This document shows positions 49,716 through 64,000 of a stretch of 64,000 bases of DNA, in pieces; the first letter of the stretch is position 1; each line of letters opens with the position of its first letter. Both the position numbers and the translations under genes were made by a program. The DNA is from the human T2T-CHM13v2.0 reference genome, Homo sapiens. Below the pieces are notes generated by a model, which was not told the origin of the DNA, ran no database searches, and was given only the letters and a program-made list of their open reading frames with translations. Location of the stretch: NCBI RefSeq assembly GCF_009914755.1, contig NC_060947.1. The stretch is one strand, 5' to 3'.

Positions 49716-50366
49716 CTCAAAGTGTTTAATACACCCAAATTGTCGTAAACACTGGAAATTAAATCACAGACATAGCTTGTTCCTGAACTTAACACCAAAA
49801 TATCACTACAGTATATTTGATTCATTTCATCTTCTCCATATTCAATTCTCAACCTTCCCAAGGTTAAAAGGACACCCTCTGAAGAATGTGTTTTGCCATC
49901 TCAAGGGAGTTGAGGTTACTTGATGTAAGGAAAAATTTAAGGCTTTGGAATAAGCAAAAGAGATTACCGGCTATTTTTTCAATGGAATGCTTCGTGGGGG
50001 TAGAGGGGTAGATTGTCTGAGCCTACAGGGATATAAGTCTTTGTCTTTGACTAGGCTATTTTACGACTCTGGAAGTGTAGATAACTAATAGCAATGTGAA
50101 TACTTCTTGCCTCTAGACAAGCAAATAACTTCTATCTAGGGAGCGGAGAATCCCCACCCCCACCCCAAAAGCCAGTTTTGCATCCATATGCAAATTTATT
50201 TCAATATTCTTGATGTATAAATATGTCTTCTTTGAATTCATCTTTGAATTAGTTGTACTATCTTACCCATTCCCTCATTTAGTTAATGAATTAAACAAAA
50301 TCTTTGACATGTGCTCATTTATATTTGTATGAAAGTCATGCTTTTGCCTTTTTGGTGAAAATTATC

Positions 50367-50534
50367 AGCCGGGAACAGTGGCTCATGCCTGTAGTTCCAG
50401 ATACTCTGGAGGCTGAGGTGAGAGGATTGCTTGAGCCTGGGAGGCAAAAGGTGCAGTGATCACACCACTATACTCCAGCCTGGGTGACAACATGAGACTC
50501 TGTCTGAAAAAAAAAAAAAAGAAAAGAAAAAAAA
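50367..50534 (+). mobile_element. Alu monomer (FRAM/FAM-like)
   Basis: Single arm plus tail; TSD gaaaattatc. Confidence 0.88.
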
Positions 50535-50549
50535 GAAAATTATCCTTTA

Positions 50550-50868
<319 letters not shown>

Positions 50869-50919
50869 TTGGTCAATAGGTTATCATTCCATATAGATAA
50901 TATTTATAGCCAGCTATAA

Positions 50920-51482
<563 letters not shown>

Positions 51483-51509
51483 TAGCTACTACCCATATTG
51501 TTGCAACAC

Positions 51510-51804
51510 TTTTTTTTTAGAGACAAGGTCTTGGTCTCTTACCCAGGCTGGAGTGCAGTGGTGTGATCACAGCTCACTGCATCCTCAATCTCCTCGGCTC
51601 AAGCGATTCTCATGCCTCAGCTCCTGAGTAGGTGGAACTACAGACGAGTGCCACCACATCTAGCTAAATTTTTTTTAAATTTTTTGTAGAGATGGGGTCT
51701 CACTATATTGCCTAGGCTGGTCTTGAACTCCTGGGCTCAAGCAATCTTCCCACCTCGGACTCCCAAAGTGCTGGGATTGCAGGCATGAGCCACCACACCT
51801 AGCC
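51510..51804 (-). mobile_element. Alu (AluJ-like)
   Basis: TSD tgttgcaacactt / tgtcgcaactctt. Confidence 0.94.
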
Positions 51805-51850
51805 TAGCTGTCGCAACTCTTGATTGGATTCTAGTAACCTATTTACCACC

Positions 51851-52368
51851 TGTAGTGGTTTTTAAATATGTCCACAAGTTATTTGATACTCCTCCCTTCA
51901 AAAGGTGGAGCCTAATTTTCCTCCCCTGAGTTGTGGGCTGTACTTAGTGACTTACTTCTAATGAATAGAATGTGACACAAGTGATTGTACGTGACATCCA
52001 TTATTAGAATATAAAAGGCATTGTGGCTTCCTCCTTGCTATCTGAGGGAAGCCAGCTGCTGTGTCATAGAGACATTTAAGTAGCCCTATGGAGTGAGTAA
52101 TGTGTCAAAGAATTAAGGCCTTCTGGCAACAGCTATGTGAGTGAACCATCTTGGAAGCAGATCCTGCAGCCTCAGTCGAACCTTCAGATGACTGTAGCCC
52201 TAGCCAACATCTCAACTACAACCTCATGAAAGTCTGAGCTAGTACCATTTAGTACTAGCTCCTGAATTCCTGACCAACAAGAACTCTGAGATAATGAATA
52301 TTTGCTGTTTCAAGCCACTGAATTTTGGGGTGACTTGTTACACAGCAATAAAAAATGATAATAATACA
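51851..52368 (+). mobile_element. MLT1F-like solo LTR
   Basis: tgtagtggtttttaaatatgtccacaa..ccttcagatgactgtagccc..ttgttacacagcaata..taataca. Confidence 0.85.
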
Positions 52369-52972
52369 GAAGTCAATCTTGCATTTGGGCATAGCTCTAA
52401 ACCAAATAACACTAAACACAGTTCTGTTTTGCTCAGGGGATTGGCTATCCCTTTTCCCACCTCCAAAGCAAGACATTCACCTATTTTTCTCAACCTTGAG
52501 AACCATTTTCTAAAAGCCATTAGGAATAACCTAAATTACATTGCTAGGAGCAAGAGAAAAGCATGAACATATACAGCAAAATAAAGTTTCCGGCAATAAC
52601 AGTGATGGTAAACTTGCAGAAAGAGTAAAACAGTTTTAAATAGTTCTTTTGATCACTTTGCAGTTGAAAGTCAGAGCTTTGTAAGAATTCATTAGCATTT
52701 TAACTTAAAGAAAGGAACCATCCTTGTGGGTAGAGTCAAAACGAAACCAAACACACATTCATACCTTATAAGAAGCCGCCAAAGGTGTGAAGAGCAAAAC
52801 TAGGATGATTAAGTTCTGCAGGAGTAAATCTCCCATAGGCATGCCCTGAAGAGTTACTTAAAGATAAAATAACTTCCTTTCTATCTGCATTGGTATTTTT
52901 CGACAACTGAAATGATAAAACATTTAGAGTGTGACCTAAATGACTCAGGTTCCTTCCTGTCCCAAGAGCAGG

Positions 52973-53010
52973 GACATTGCATTCTAGCTAAGACATTGTA
53001 TTCTAGCTAA
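52973..53010. repeat. 19-bp tandem duplication
   Basis: gacattgcattctagctaa / gacattgtattctagctaa. Confidence 0.9.
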
Positions 53011-53085
53011 AGGAGTAGGTAGACCATCCCATATTCAAATTACTTAGTCCCACTCTTTCTGTGAGCTCAGATGGAAAAAGGGAAA

Positions 53086-53088
<3 letters not shown>

Positions 53089-53124
<36 letters not shown>
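53089..53124. repeat. (TG)18 microsatellite
   Basis: Read directly from the sequence. Confidence 0.97.
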
Positions 53125-53126
<2 letters not shown>

Positions 53127-53280
53127 TTACTTCCACAAAGGATTTGAGTAAATATATAACAAAAATGTAATAAATGGATAGAAAAGTATACATAGTAAAA
53201 ATCCAGAATCAGGGTGAATTTAACCAGGAGTAGAAGGATGAGACAATACGAAGGCCAGAAGAGGAATACTTTTTTCCTAG

Positions 53281-53667
<387 letters not shown>

Positions 53668-53710
53668 TAACAAAAAACATACAAGGCACAGCCCATTGTT
53701 AAAGATGCTT

Positions 53711-54180
<470 letters not shown>

Positions 54181-54189
54181 GTAAGTCTT

Positions 54190-54696
54190 TGTAGGTTAGT
54201 CGGTATATGTGCCACCAGAATTGTATATACCTGTATAGCATCACACCTGACAGCAATTAACTTAAGCATAGCTTAAGCACTCTTAGACTGAAGGGTCATG
54301 GTCTAAGAAGAATGTGTGTTTGGAGCTCCAAACTAAGGAATCTGGGAGTGGTCATCCCTGAGATTTATTCCTTATCCGTGAAGGACATCTGAACCCCCAG
54401 TCTATCCCTTGGAATGCAGGCTGTACAGCAGATCGAGGCCCTTTGTTTGGGGTTGGATGGAGGTTGCTAGGTGGAGGGTGCTAGGTGGCGGGTGCTAAGT
54501 GAAAATGCCATATAAACGGCATGCTTGTTACAAATTGAAGCAGTTGTCCTGTCCAGCCCGCCGTCACTGGACCACTCCTCTATGTAAGTCCTTATCAATA
54601 AGCCCTATGTCTCGTTTGTTAGCTGAGTCTCTTCTTCAGCCTCTAGGGCATGGAGCCATCCCTATTGGAGTCAACAGGTGTCCAGCACGCACGACA
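54190..54696 (+). mobile_element. ERVL-class solo LTR (LTR32/LTR18-like)
   Basis: TG..CA ends; ctaaggaatctgggagtgg, atataaac, gccatccctattggagtcaa..cacgaca. Confidence 0.7.
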
Positions 54697-54932
54697 ACAT
54701 GTTCATCAACAAACATGTTCACCAAAAAGCTGCACTATGGGTAATGGCCTCAAGCTGGCTTTTATCCCAGTGCCCACCCATAGCAGAACGCGAGAAGAAA
54801 CTGCGGTGTCCACACAATGAGATATTACACAGCAGCAATGAGAATAAACAATCTACAGCTACACATAACAACCCAGAGGGATCTCATAAACATAATATTG
54901 AGTGGAAGAAGCCAGATAGAAAAACGCACAGT

Positions 54933-55291
<359 letters not shown>

Positions 55292-55467
55292 CTAACCTAT
55301 GTAGTTAGAAGTCAGGAAAATAATTACCCTTTGTGGGGAGGGGTGTAGTGATGGGAGACAGCCCAAGGAGCACCTCTGGGAGACTGGGAATGTTCTGTTC
55401 CTTCATTTGGGGGTGGTTTATGTACAATTGCAAGTCTCTTTATGAAAGTCTGTTGAGCCATACACCT

Positions 55468-55628
55468 TTTTCACCTTTTCCTTAATTTTTGTTGTTGTTG
55501 TTGTTGTTAAGAGAGACCAGGTCTCACTATGTTGCCCAGGCTGACCTTGAACCCCTGAACTCAAGCAATCCACCTGCCTCGGCCTCCCAAATTACTGGGA
55601 TTACCGGTGTGAGCCACCAAGCCCAGCC
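55468..55628 (-). mobile_element. Alu left monomer (FLAM-like)
   Basis: TSD tgagccatacacct / tgagccatatactt. Confidence 0.88.
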
Positions 55629-56086
55629 TGAGCCATATACTTAGAATACTTGCAGTTTTATGTACGTTTGCAGTACTTCAATAAAATGTGTAAAAAAAAA
55701 AAAAAAAAAGAAAAGTCCACCCTTCAATAGAGTGGGTGGGCCAATGAGGAAGGAGTGGTTAAGGTGGAGAGCGGGGAAAAGCTTCCTGGAGGCAGTGAGG
55801 CAAGCTTTGTCTTCACAGATAAGTCCACGTTAGCCTTGGAGGTGGATGAGGGAAGGTGTTCAGAGAGAGGGGAAGCCCAAAAGCAAAACCAGAGAGGCCA
55901 GAACAGTCTGAGCCCCAGGGAACTGTAAGGGAAGAGTTGCAAACTAACAGTGGCCAGGACAGAGGGGCCAGCCTTTGGCAAGCACTGTCAGAGAAGCTGC
56001 TCCTTCCACATGCTCACCAGTGTCCGCTAGAGAGTCAGAGCTGGAGGGGACAGAGTGACATTTGTACTCTCAAAAGCTCCCTCAAT

Positions 56087-56443
<357 letters not shown>

Positions 56444-57049
56444 TTAGAGAACCTCCCAAAGTGAGGTCCAGGCCAGAAGCAGGGGGGCGTGGCCTGCTGG
56501 GTGGTGGAGCTGGAGAGGAGCAGAGAACACGAAGGAACTCAAAGAGGAGATTTAGAAGTTTCCAAAGAATGTCAGGGAGCAAGGAGGAGCATGAAAGGTG
56601 GGGTATTTTTAAAGCTTCTAGTTACACATAAAAAATACGGTCAGTTCAGCTATCCATAAAGGCAGCTTCACTGAATTCTTAAGGACAGAATCAGTCATCA
56701 AAGGGATGCTCTGATTTCTCTCTAAAATAGGGCTTCTTAACTTGCGATCTGTAGATAGAATTTTGGGGACTTGTGAATTTGGGTGGGAAATATTGGTATT
56801 TTTCTTTTCATTAACCTTGAACTGCAATTCTGCATTTCCCTTGGTCATGCATGTAAGCCACAAATACAGTTGTTTTAGCAGCACCTATAACTGTCACCAT
56901 TCGAAAGCACAGAATTTTCATATTCTATTACAGGTGATGCTGATATCTCAACATACAGATTGCACTCACCACTAATTCAAAATCATATTTATCAGGCCTG
57001 CCATTAGATCTTATTATTTAATTCACAATTGATCTTTGCACATCTATTA

Positions 57050-57947
<898 letters not shown>

Positions 57948-58003
57948 TAACTGTATTTCAATATAATTGGCTTTTTTTGTAACCCTATTCTTTTATTCTA
58001 TGC

Positions 58004-58310
58004 TTTTTTTTTTTTTTTTTTTTGAGACAGAGCCTTGCTCTGTCTCCCAGGCTGGAGTGCAGCGGTGTGATCACTGCTCACTACAGCCTCCACCTCTCGA
58101 GCTCAAGTGATCCTCCTGCCTCAGGCTCCTGAGTAACTGTGACCATAGTTGCAGGCCACCATGCCTGGCTAATTTTTTAAAAAAACTATTCGTAGAGACG
58201 GTGTCTTTCCATGGTGCCCCGGCAGGTCTTGAACTCTTGGCTTCAAGCGATACTCCAGTCTCGACCTCCCAAAATGTTGGGATTATAAGTGTGAGCCACT
58301 GTGCCCAGCC
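58004..58310 (-). mobile_element. Alu (AluJ-like)
   Basis: Full reverse Alu. Confidence 0.93.
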
Positions 58311-58804
58311 CATATGATCTCATTTAAACCTCACAGCAATCCTATGGGGCAGGCATTATTCTTATTCTGGTTTACAGAGGAAGAAACTGATTTGAACCCA
58401 GATCCCAGTTGAAGGGTAGATCTGATAATTATTCTCTTTACTTTTATTTATTTTTTCCTACTACTCATTCTCAAGTTAACTTGTGATCTTCTCCTTGTGT
58501 GCATATGTCTGCTATATCAATTAGTACTAGGGTTGGTTATGTGACATAAAAGTCCTATAATAATAATTGCTTGACAAGAGTGATGCTGATTTCTTTCACT
58601 GAAAGATGTATAGGGCTGATATGGCACTCCATGTCAGGGACCTGGTCTTGTATTGCTCCAGCATCCTAGGCATGATGTGGCTGCCTGAGCTCCAGCCATC
58701 GTGCTCACATTCCCATCTGTAGGATGGAGAAAAAAGGTGTTACTGTTTCATTTCTGCTTCTTGCCACTTGCCCTCAAACCCAGTGTTTTCTGGGATCTTC
58801 TCCC

Positions 58805-59610
58805 TGTGCTATCGTGAAATATATATTTGGTGTTCTCCCATCTCTTGGCGTACAACTCCTAAAATACTTGGAATCTCCAAAGCGTTGGTATCTTTTTGTA
58901 TGCTAATGAGATGACTGCTGTCTGGCAACCCCTATGTAGCTTTGGGATAGGGGCTGGTCACCAGAAAGACAAAGACAGGATTAGAGGGTTGGGACTTTCA
59001 GCCCCCAACCTCTGGGGAGGGGAGAGGGGTTGAAGATTGAGTTGACCACCAATGGCCAATGATTTAATCAATCACGCCTACATAACAAAGCCTCCATAAA
59101 AAGGCCAAAGGACAGGGTTTAGGGAGCTTCCAGATAGCTGCACACGTGGAGGTTCCTGGAGGGTGGTGCACCTAACCCCATGCCTCACCCTATGTGTCTC
59201 TTCATCTGTATTATTTGTAATATTCTCTATAATAAACTGGTAAACGTGTTTCTCTGAGTTCTGGGAGCCACTCTAGCAAATAAATTAATTGTACCCAAGG
59301 AGGGGGTCATGGAAATCGCAATGTACAGCCAGTAGGTAAAACAACCTGGAGCTTGCAATTGGCATCTGACATGGCAGTGGGGGCAGAGAGCAGTCTTGCG
59401 GACTGAGTCCTCGACCGGTGGGATCTGATGCTGTCTCTGGATAGGTAGGGTTGGAACTGAATTGGAGGACACCCAGCTGGTGTCCACTGCAGGGCTGATT
59501 GCTTGCTTGCTGGTGGGGACAAAGCCCCACACATCTGGTCACAGAATTCTTCTGTGTTGATTGTTACGGTGTGAGAGCAGAAGAAAAAGAGTCTGTTTTT
59601 TCCACTCACT
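58805..59610 (+). mobile_element. MER21-like ERVL LTR
   Basis: gggctggtcaccagaaagac..ggattagagggttggga..ccaatgatttaatcaatcacgcct..aataaactggtaaacgt. Confidence 0.8.
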
Positions 59611-59611
59611 C

Positions 59612-59730
59612 TCCCACTAGACGGTAAGCTCCAGGAAGTTGGGAACTGTGTTTGACATTGTACCCCAGGTCCCAATATGTTGCCTGACCCCTAGTAAGTG
59701 TTCAATAAGTAGTTCTGAAATAAAGTGAAT
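59612..59730 (+). mobile_element. L2 3' end
   Basis: ccactagacggtaagctcc..tagtaagtgttcaataagt. Confidence 0.6.
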
Positions 59731-59886
59731 ATCAGGGTGCAAGCAGCTCTGTGATTTGTATTCTATTGACTGCCTCTGTCTCTTGCCTCCTGCGTCTGCT
59801 TACAAGGGCCCTTCTCCTAGGCTTTGCTTTTGAAATGCCACTGTCCTTCAAGACCCATATATTTTGTCACCTCTCTAGAATACATC

Positions 59887-60528
59887 TGCTGTGAGTTGAA
59901 TTGTGTCTCCCCAGTATTCACATGTTGAAGTCCTCACCCCCAGTACATCAGAATGTGACCAAATTTGGAAATAGCAGGTTGCAGATGCAATGAGTTAAGA
60001 GGAGGTCATGCCAGAGTAAGGTGGCCCCTAATCCAATATGAATGGTGTCCTTATAAAGAGGGGGAATTTGGAGACATATGCACACAGAGAGAAGACCATA
60101 TGAAGATGAGGGCAGGGCCGGACGCGGTATCTTACACCTGTAATCCCAGCACTTTGGGAGGCCGAAGCAGAAGAATCGCTTGAACCCGGGAGGCGGAGGT
60201 TGTAGTGAGGCAGAGATGGCGCCACTGCACTCCAGCCTGGGCAACAGAGTGAGACTCTGTCTCAAAAAAAAAAAAAAAGAAGAAGATGAGAGCAGAGATC
60301 AGCTTGATGTTTCCACAAGTCAAAGAACCCCAAAGACTGTCAGCAAGCCACCAGCAACGGGGTGAGAGGCACGAACAGATTTTCCCTCACAACCCCCAGA
60401 AGAAACTAACCCTAGCATCACCTTGATCTTAGACTTCCAGACTCCAGAACGGAGAGACAATAACTGAGACAATAACAAAGTATCATAAATATGGCACTTT
60501 GTTACAGCAGCCCTAGGAAACTAATATA
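59887..60528 (+). mobile_element. MLT1B-like solo LTR split by an Alu monomer
   Basis: ttgaattgtgtc..gttgaagtcct..ccctaatccaatatga..tttgttacagcagccctaggaaactaat. Confidence 0.88.
60116..60281 (+). mobile_element. Recombinant Alu monomer (left-arm 5' joined to right-arm 3')
   Basis: TSD gaagatgagggcag / gaagatgagagcag. Confidence 0.9.
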
Positions 60529-60836
60529 AAATCACACACCAAGCCATTGAGAGTGCTGGGCTCTCCATTCCCCTGGGCCCTTTCTTTACAAGCAGGTGGC
60601 GAAATTAGCTTTGGACAGGGGCCTGTTTGACTTAGTCCTCTATGTAAGTTCCTGAGGAATGGGCATTGTGGGTCCTCCAGCGTGTAGCCATCTTTGCCTG
60701 ATACCCTGCAATTCACAGATATTTGTGAATTTGGCAGAGTCACACAATTGTGCAGAGCCCCAGGACTTAGGCTGTGTTTGAGGTGGTAGTGTGACTTAAC
60801 CATATTTTTCTTTCTTTTAATTAAAAAATAAAATCA

Positions 60837-61018
60837 GGCAGGGCACAGTGGCTCACGCCTGCAATCCCAGCTACTCTGTAGGCTGAGGAGGGAGGATTGC
60901 TTGAGGCCAGGAGGTCAAGGCTGCAGTGAGCCATAATCACACCACTACAGTCTAGACTGGGTGACAGAGCAAGACCCTATCTCAAAAAAAATAAAATAAA
61001 TAAAAAAAATTAAAAATA
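60837..61018 (+). mobile_element. Alu monomer (FRAM/FAM-like)
   Basis: Single arm with A-rich tail. Confidence 0.85.
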
Positions 61019-61268
61019 GGTCGGGCACGGTGGCTCACACATGTAATCCCCGTCTCTGCTAAAAATACAAAAATTAGCTGGGCATGGTGCTGCGTGCCTG
61101 TAATCCCAGCTACTTGGGAAGCTGAGGCAGGAAAATCGCTTGAACCCAGGAGGCAGAGGTTGCAGTAAACTGAGATTGAGTAACTGCACTCCAGCCCGGG
61201 AGACAGAGCAAGACTCCATCTCAAAAAATAAAATAAAATAAAATAAAATAATAAATAAATAATAAAAT
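61019..61268 (+). mobile_element. Alu with internal left-arm deletion
   Basis: Junction tgtaatccc|cgtctctgctaaaaatac. Confidence 0.9.
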
Positions 61269-61443
61269 CAACAGCCTCCAATGCAAAAGAAGTAGTGCCT
61301 TTTTAACTGTTTTAAAACCAAGCAATACAATCCGAAGAAATCTTTTTTTTTCTTTTCTTGTGGGGTGGGTGGGGGTGGGGTGATAGTACAGCTTTCAAGA
61401 AAGGTTTGTCTGCTTTGTGGATTTCCCGATTAAAATGACAGGA

Positions 61444-61673
61444 GCCTCGGCAACATAGTGAGATCCTATCTTTACAAAAAAATAATAATAATTTAAAAAA
61501 TTAGGCGGGCATGGTAGCACATGCCTGTAGTCCCAGCTACTGGGGAGGCTGAGGTGGGAGGATTGCATGAGCCTGGAAGATCAAGGTTGCAGTGAGCTAT
61601 GATCGCACCATTGAGCAGCAGCTTGGGCGAAAGAGTGAGACCCTGTCTTCAAAAAAAAAAAAAAAAAAAAAAA
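61444..61673 (+). mobile_element. Alu (AluJ-like), 5'-truncated
   Basis: Starts ggcaacatagtgaga; right arm and A-tail. Confidence 0.9.
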
Positions 61674-62038
61674 GAGGAGAATAAGTAAACTTGGGGAAAT
61701 GATGCAAGAGGACTGGAAAGGACGGATGTAGGTGTGAAAAGAGCAGCCCAAAATCCAGCTGGAGAAGAGAACGGAAACATTCTCGGTATTGGTGAGCTGG
61801 CGAATATAGCATACAGTTCCCAAGGTCAAAGGCACTGCTGCCTTGGGGTGGGGACCTCAATTCTGAAATGGCTGAGCCTCTTCTTTCCAGAAAGATGCTG
61901 GATAGTTTAATTAACTAGTTAGTAAACAAACAAACATAAATAAAAATGACGGCATTCCTGCTTTATGCTTCTCGGAGGGACCAGTGACTCTCCGTGATTT
62001 CTTTTTGCTGAGAGGGGAAGGGTACAATTCTGCACTTA

Positions 62039-62343
62039 CTTTATTTATTTATTTATTATTACTATTTTTGAGACAGGGTCTTGCTTGCTCTGTCGCCCAG
62101 GCTGGAGTGCAGTGGTGCGATCTCAGCTCACTGCAACCCCCCACCTTCCCTGCTCAAGCAATCCTCCCACTTCAGCCTCCTGAGTAGCTGGGAATACAGG
62201 CACCACGCCCAGCTAATGTTTGCATTTTTTGGTAGAGATGGGGGCCTTGCCATGTTGTCCAGGCTGGTCTTGAATCACTCCTGACCTCAGGCGATCCACC
62301 CGCATCGGCCTTGGATTACAGGAGTGAGCCATCACACCCAGCC
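62039..62343 (-). mobile_element. Alu
   Basis: TSD ttctgcactt. Confidence 0.93.
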
Positions 62344-63516
62344 ATTTCTGCACTTTTAACCAGGGCCGTCCCTGAGTCAGGCCTGGTACTAGGGCTGAGG
62401 GAATACAAAGAAAACTCTCTTCAGCCTGAAAGATCTTGCAATTTAGTGACAGACAATACAAATTCCTCCAGGTAGGTTGCCTGGGATACAAAGTGGCCAG
62501 TGTATAGAGCATATACAGAGAGTGGTGGAGGGCTGAGAGATGGGATTGTCTCCCTTCTTTAAACCGGTAATTAAGGAACCCGGGCCAAGTCTGCCCACAT
62601 CTTTGAAGGAGGAGCCATTGTGTGCAGAGGGCTGAGGAGGCCTTGGTGGCTGTCCTCGGGGAACTTAGAACACACCAGGGCAGAAATGTAGTGCACCTGT
62701 ACTGCTCCCGGACCTGAAAAGAAATCAGCCAAGACATCCCACCCCCGCCCCCGTTTCCAGAAACTTCATTTTAAGCATGGTGGCTTAAATTTCACTTGAT
62801 TTTGTTTTATTTATTTTTAGAACTGCAGGGTTGGGAAGGGTTTCCAAAAGGGCTAAGAGGCCGGTTTGAGGGAGAAGGTGAGATTTGGAAAGTTTTGCGC
62901 AGAAGAGATGGTGGTGGCGGTGCCGCGGAGGAATTTGAAGGGGAAAAGGGCTGTCGGAGTTTGTATTTGAGACCACACAGCCTTGCTGCCCGGCCAAGAA
63001 TGGCCTGGGTTTTGGCTCTTCTGGGGGCTTGGACCTGGGGGAGGAAGAGGAGGGCAGTTCTCAGGCAGGCGTCTGCCAAACCCGGGTTGGTTTGGAGGAT
63101 GACGTGGAGCGCTTCAGACATGAATACGCTATGAGGGGAGCTGACAGCTGGGATTGGGGGACGTGTAAAGGGGTGTACGGACGTCTGACTGCGGATTTCA
63201 GGAAACAGGGAGTCTTGAGCCTGGGAACTGCAGAGTGTCACATGGGCCATAGGCAGGGAGAGGTTGGAGTTGGATAAAGGGGAGTAGGAGAAGACTAGGC
63301 CTAGTGTGTGGAAAATGGCGCTCTTCCGGTCTCCAGAGAGTTCCTCTCAGAACACGATAACTCTCCCCACCGTACCCAGACACCCCCACCAAGGCCAGGC
63401 TTATACACACCTCCCTCCCAACCACCCCTTCAGCCTACCTTGCAGTCTGACATTAGACAGGGGATACACGGTGAAACAGACAGAGCCAGGCCTAACCAGT
63501 AAAAATAGGTCCAATG

Positions 63517-63801
63517 GGCCTGGTACGGTAGCTCACACCTGTAATCCCAGCACTTTGGGAGGCCGAGGTGGGTGGATCACCTGAGATCAAAAGTTCGAGA
63601 CCAGCCTGGCCAACATGGCGAAACCCCTTCTCTACTAAAATACAAAAATTAGCTGGGCATGGTGGTTGGTGCCTGTAATCCCAGCTACTCGGGAGGCTGA
63701 GGCAGGAGAATCACTTGCAGTGAATCAGGTTGCAGTGAGCCATTGCACACCAGCCTGGGTGACAAGAGCGAGACTCCGTCTCAAAACAAACAAACAAAAA
63801 A
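63517..63801 (+). mobile_element. Alu (AluS-like) with rearranged right arm
   Basis: TSD aaaaataggtccaatgg / aaaaacaggcccaatgg. Confidence 0.93.
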
Positions 63802-64000
63802 CAGGCCCAATGGAAGTCTAGAAGCAAAGGCAAGAGGGCAGGGCTAGTGGTTGGAGATTTTGGTGGAGAACAGGGGTTTTGTACAGGGCAGGGACAGAGG
63901 AGAGGGGAAAGGCAGAGAAAGGAAGGAATCTGAGGGAAGGCAGAAGTTTCTAGAAGACCCAGGTGACAGATCTGTCAAGGACTAAAGGACCTAAGGCTAG

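Overview
Primate (human-like) genomic DNA with no protein-coding gene that I can support. Both flanks (1-33 kb and 46.8-64 kb) are dense in old and young interspersed repeats: about 50 Alu elements or fragments, L1M/HAL1, L2, MIR, MaLR/ERVL solo LTRs and hAT DNA-transposon relics, often nested with target-site duplications (TSDs) still readable. The centre is a 14.7-kb Alu-free block holding a ~10.5-kb cluster of CpG islands (35.3-45.8 kb) with no credible CDS. It is interleaved with AT-rich patches carrying POU, SOX and homeodomain motifs, so it looks like an 'orphan' developmental regulatory hub. Main observations: (1) a ~150-bp piece of unique DNA was copied ~880 bp downstream into an MLT1 LTR, with microhomology junctions and a 9-bp slippage triplet; (2) an inverted pair of (GT)n(GC)n Z-DNA tracts brackets a SOXE dimer site; (3) there is an exact IgH-type heptamer-octamer and an exact OCTA+TAATGARAT element; (4) a 31-bp inverted repeat pairs best as minus-strand RNA; (5) splice and poly(A) signals suggest a plus-strand lncRNA inside the islands. 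Long ORFs in the track are Alu-, microsatellite- or GC-content artefacts. Repeat subfamily names come from remembered consensus sequences, not a search, and boundaries of old repeats are approximate.
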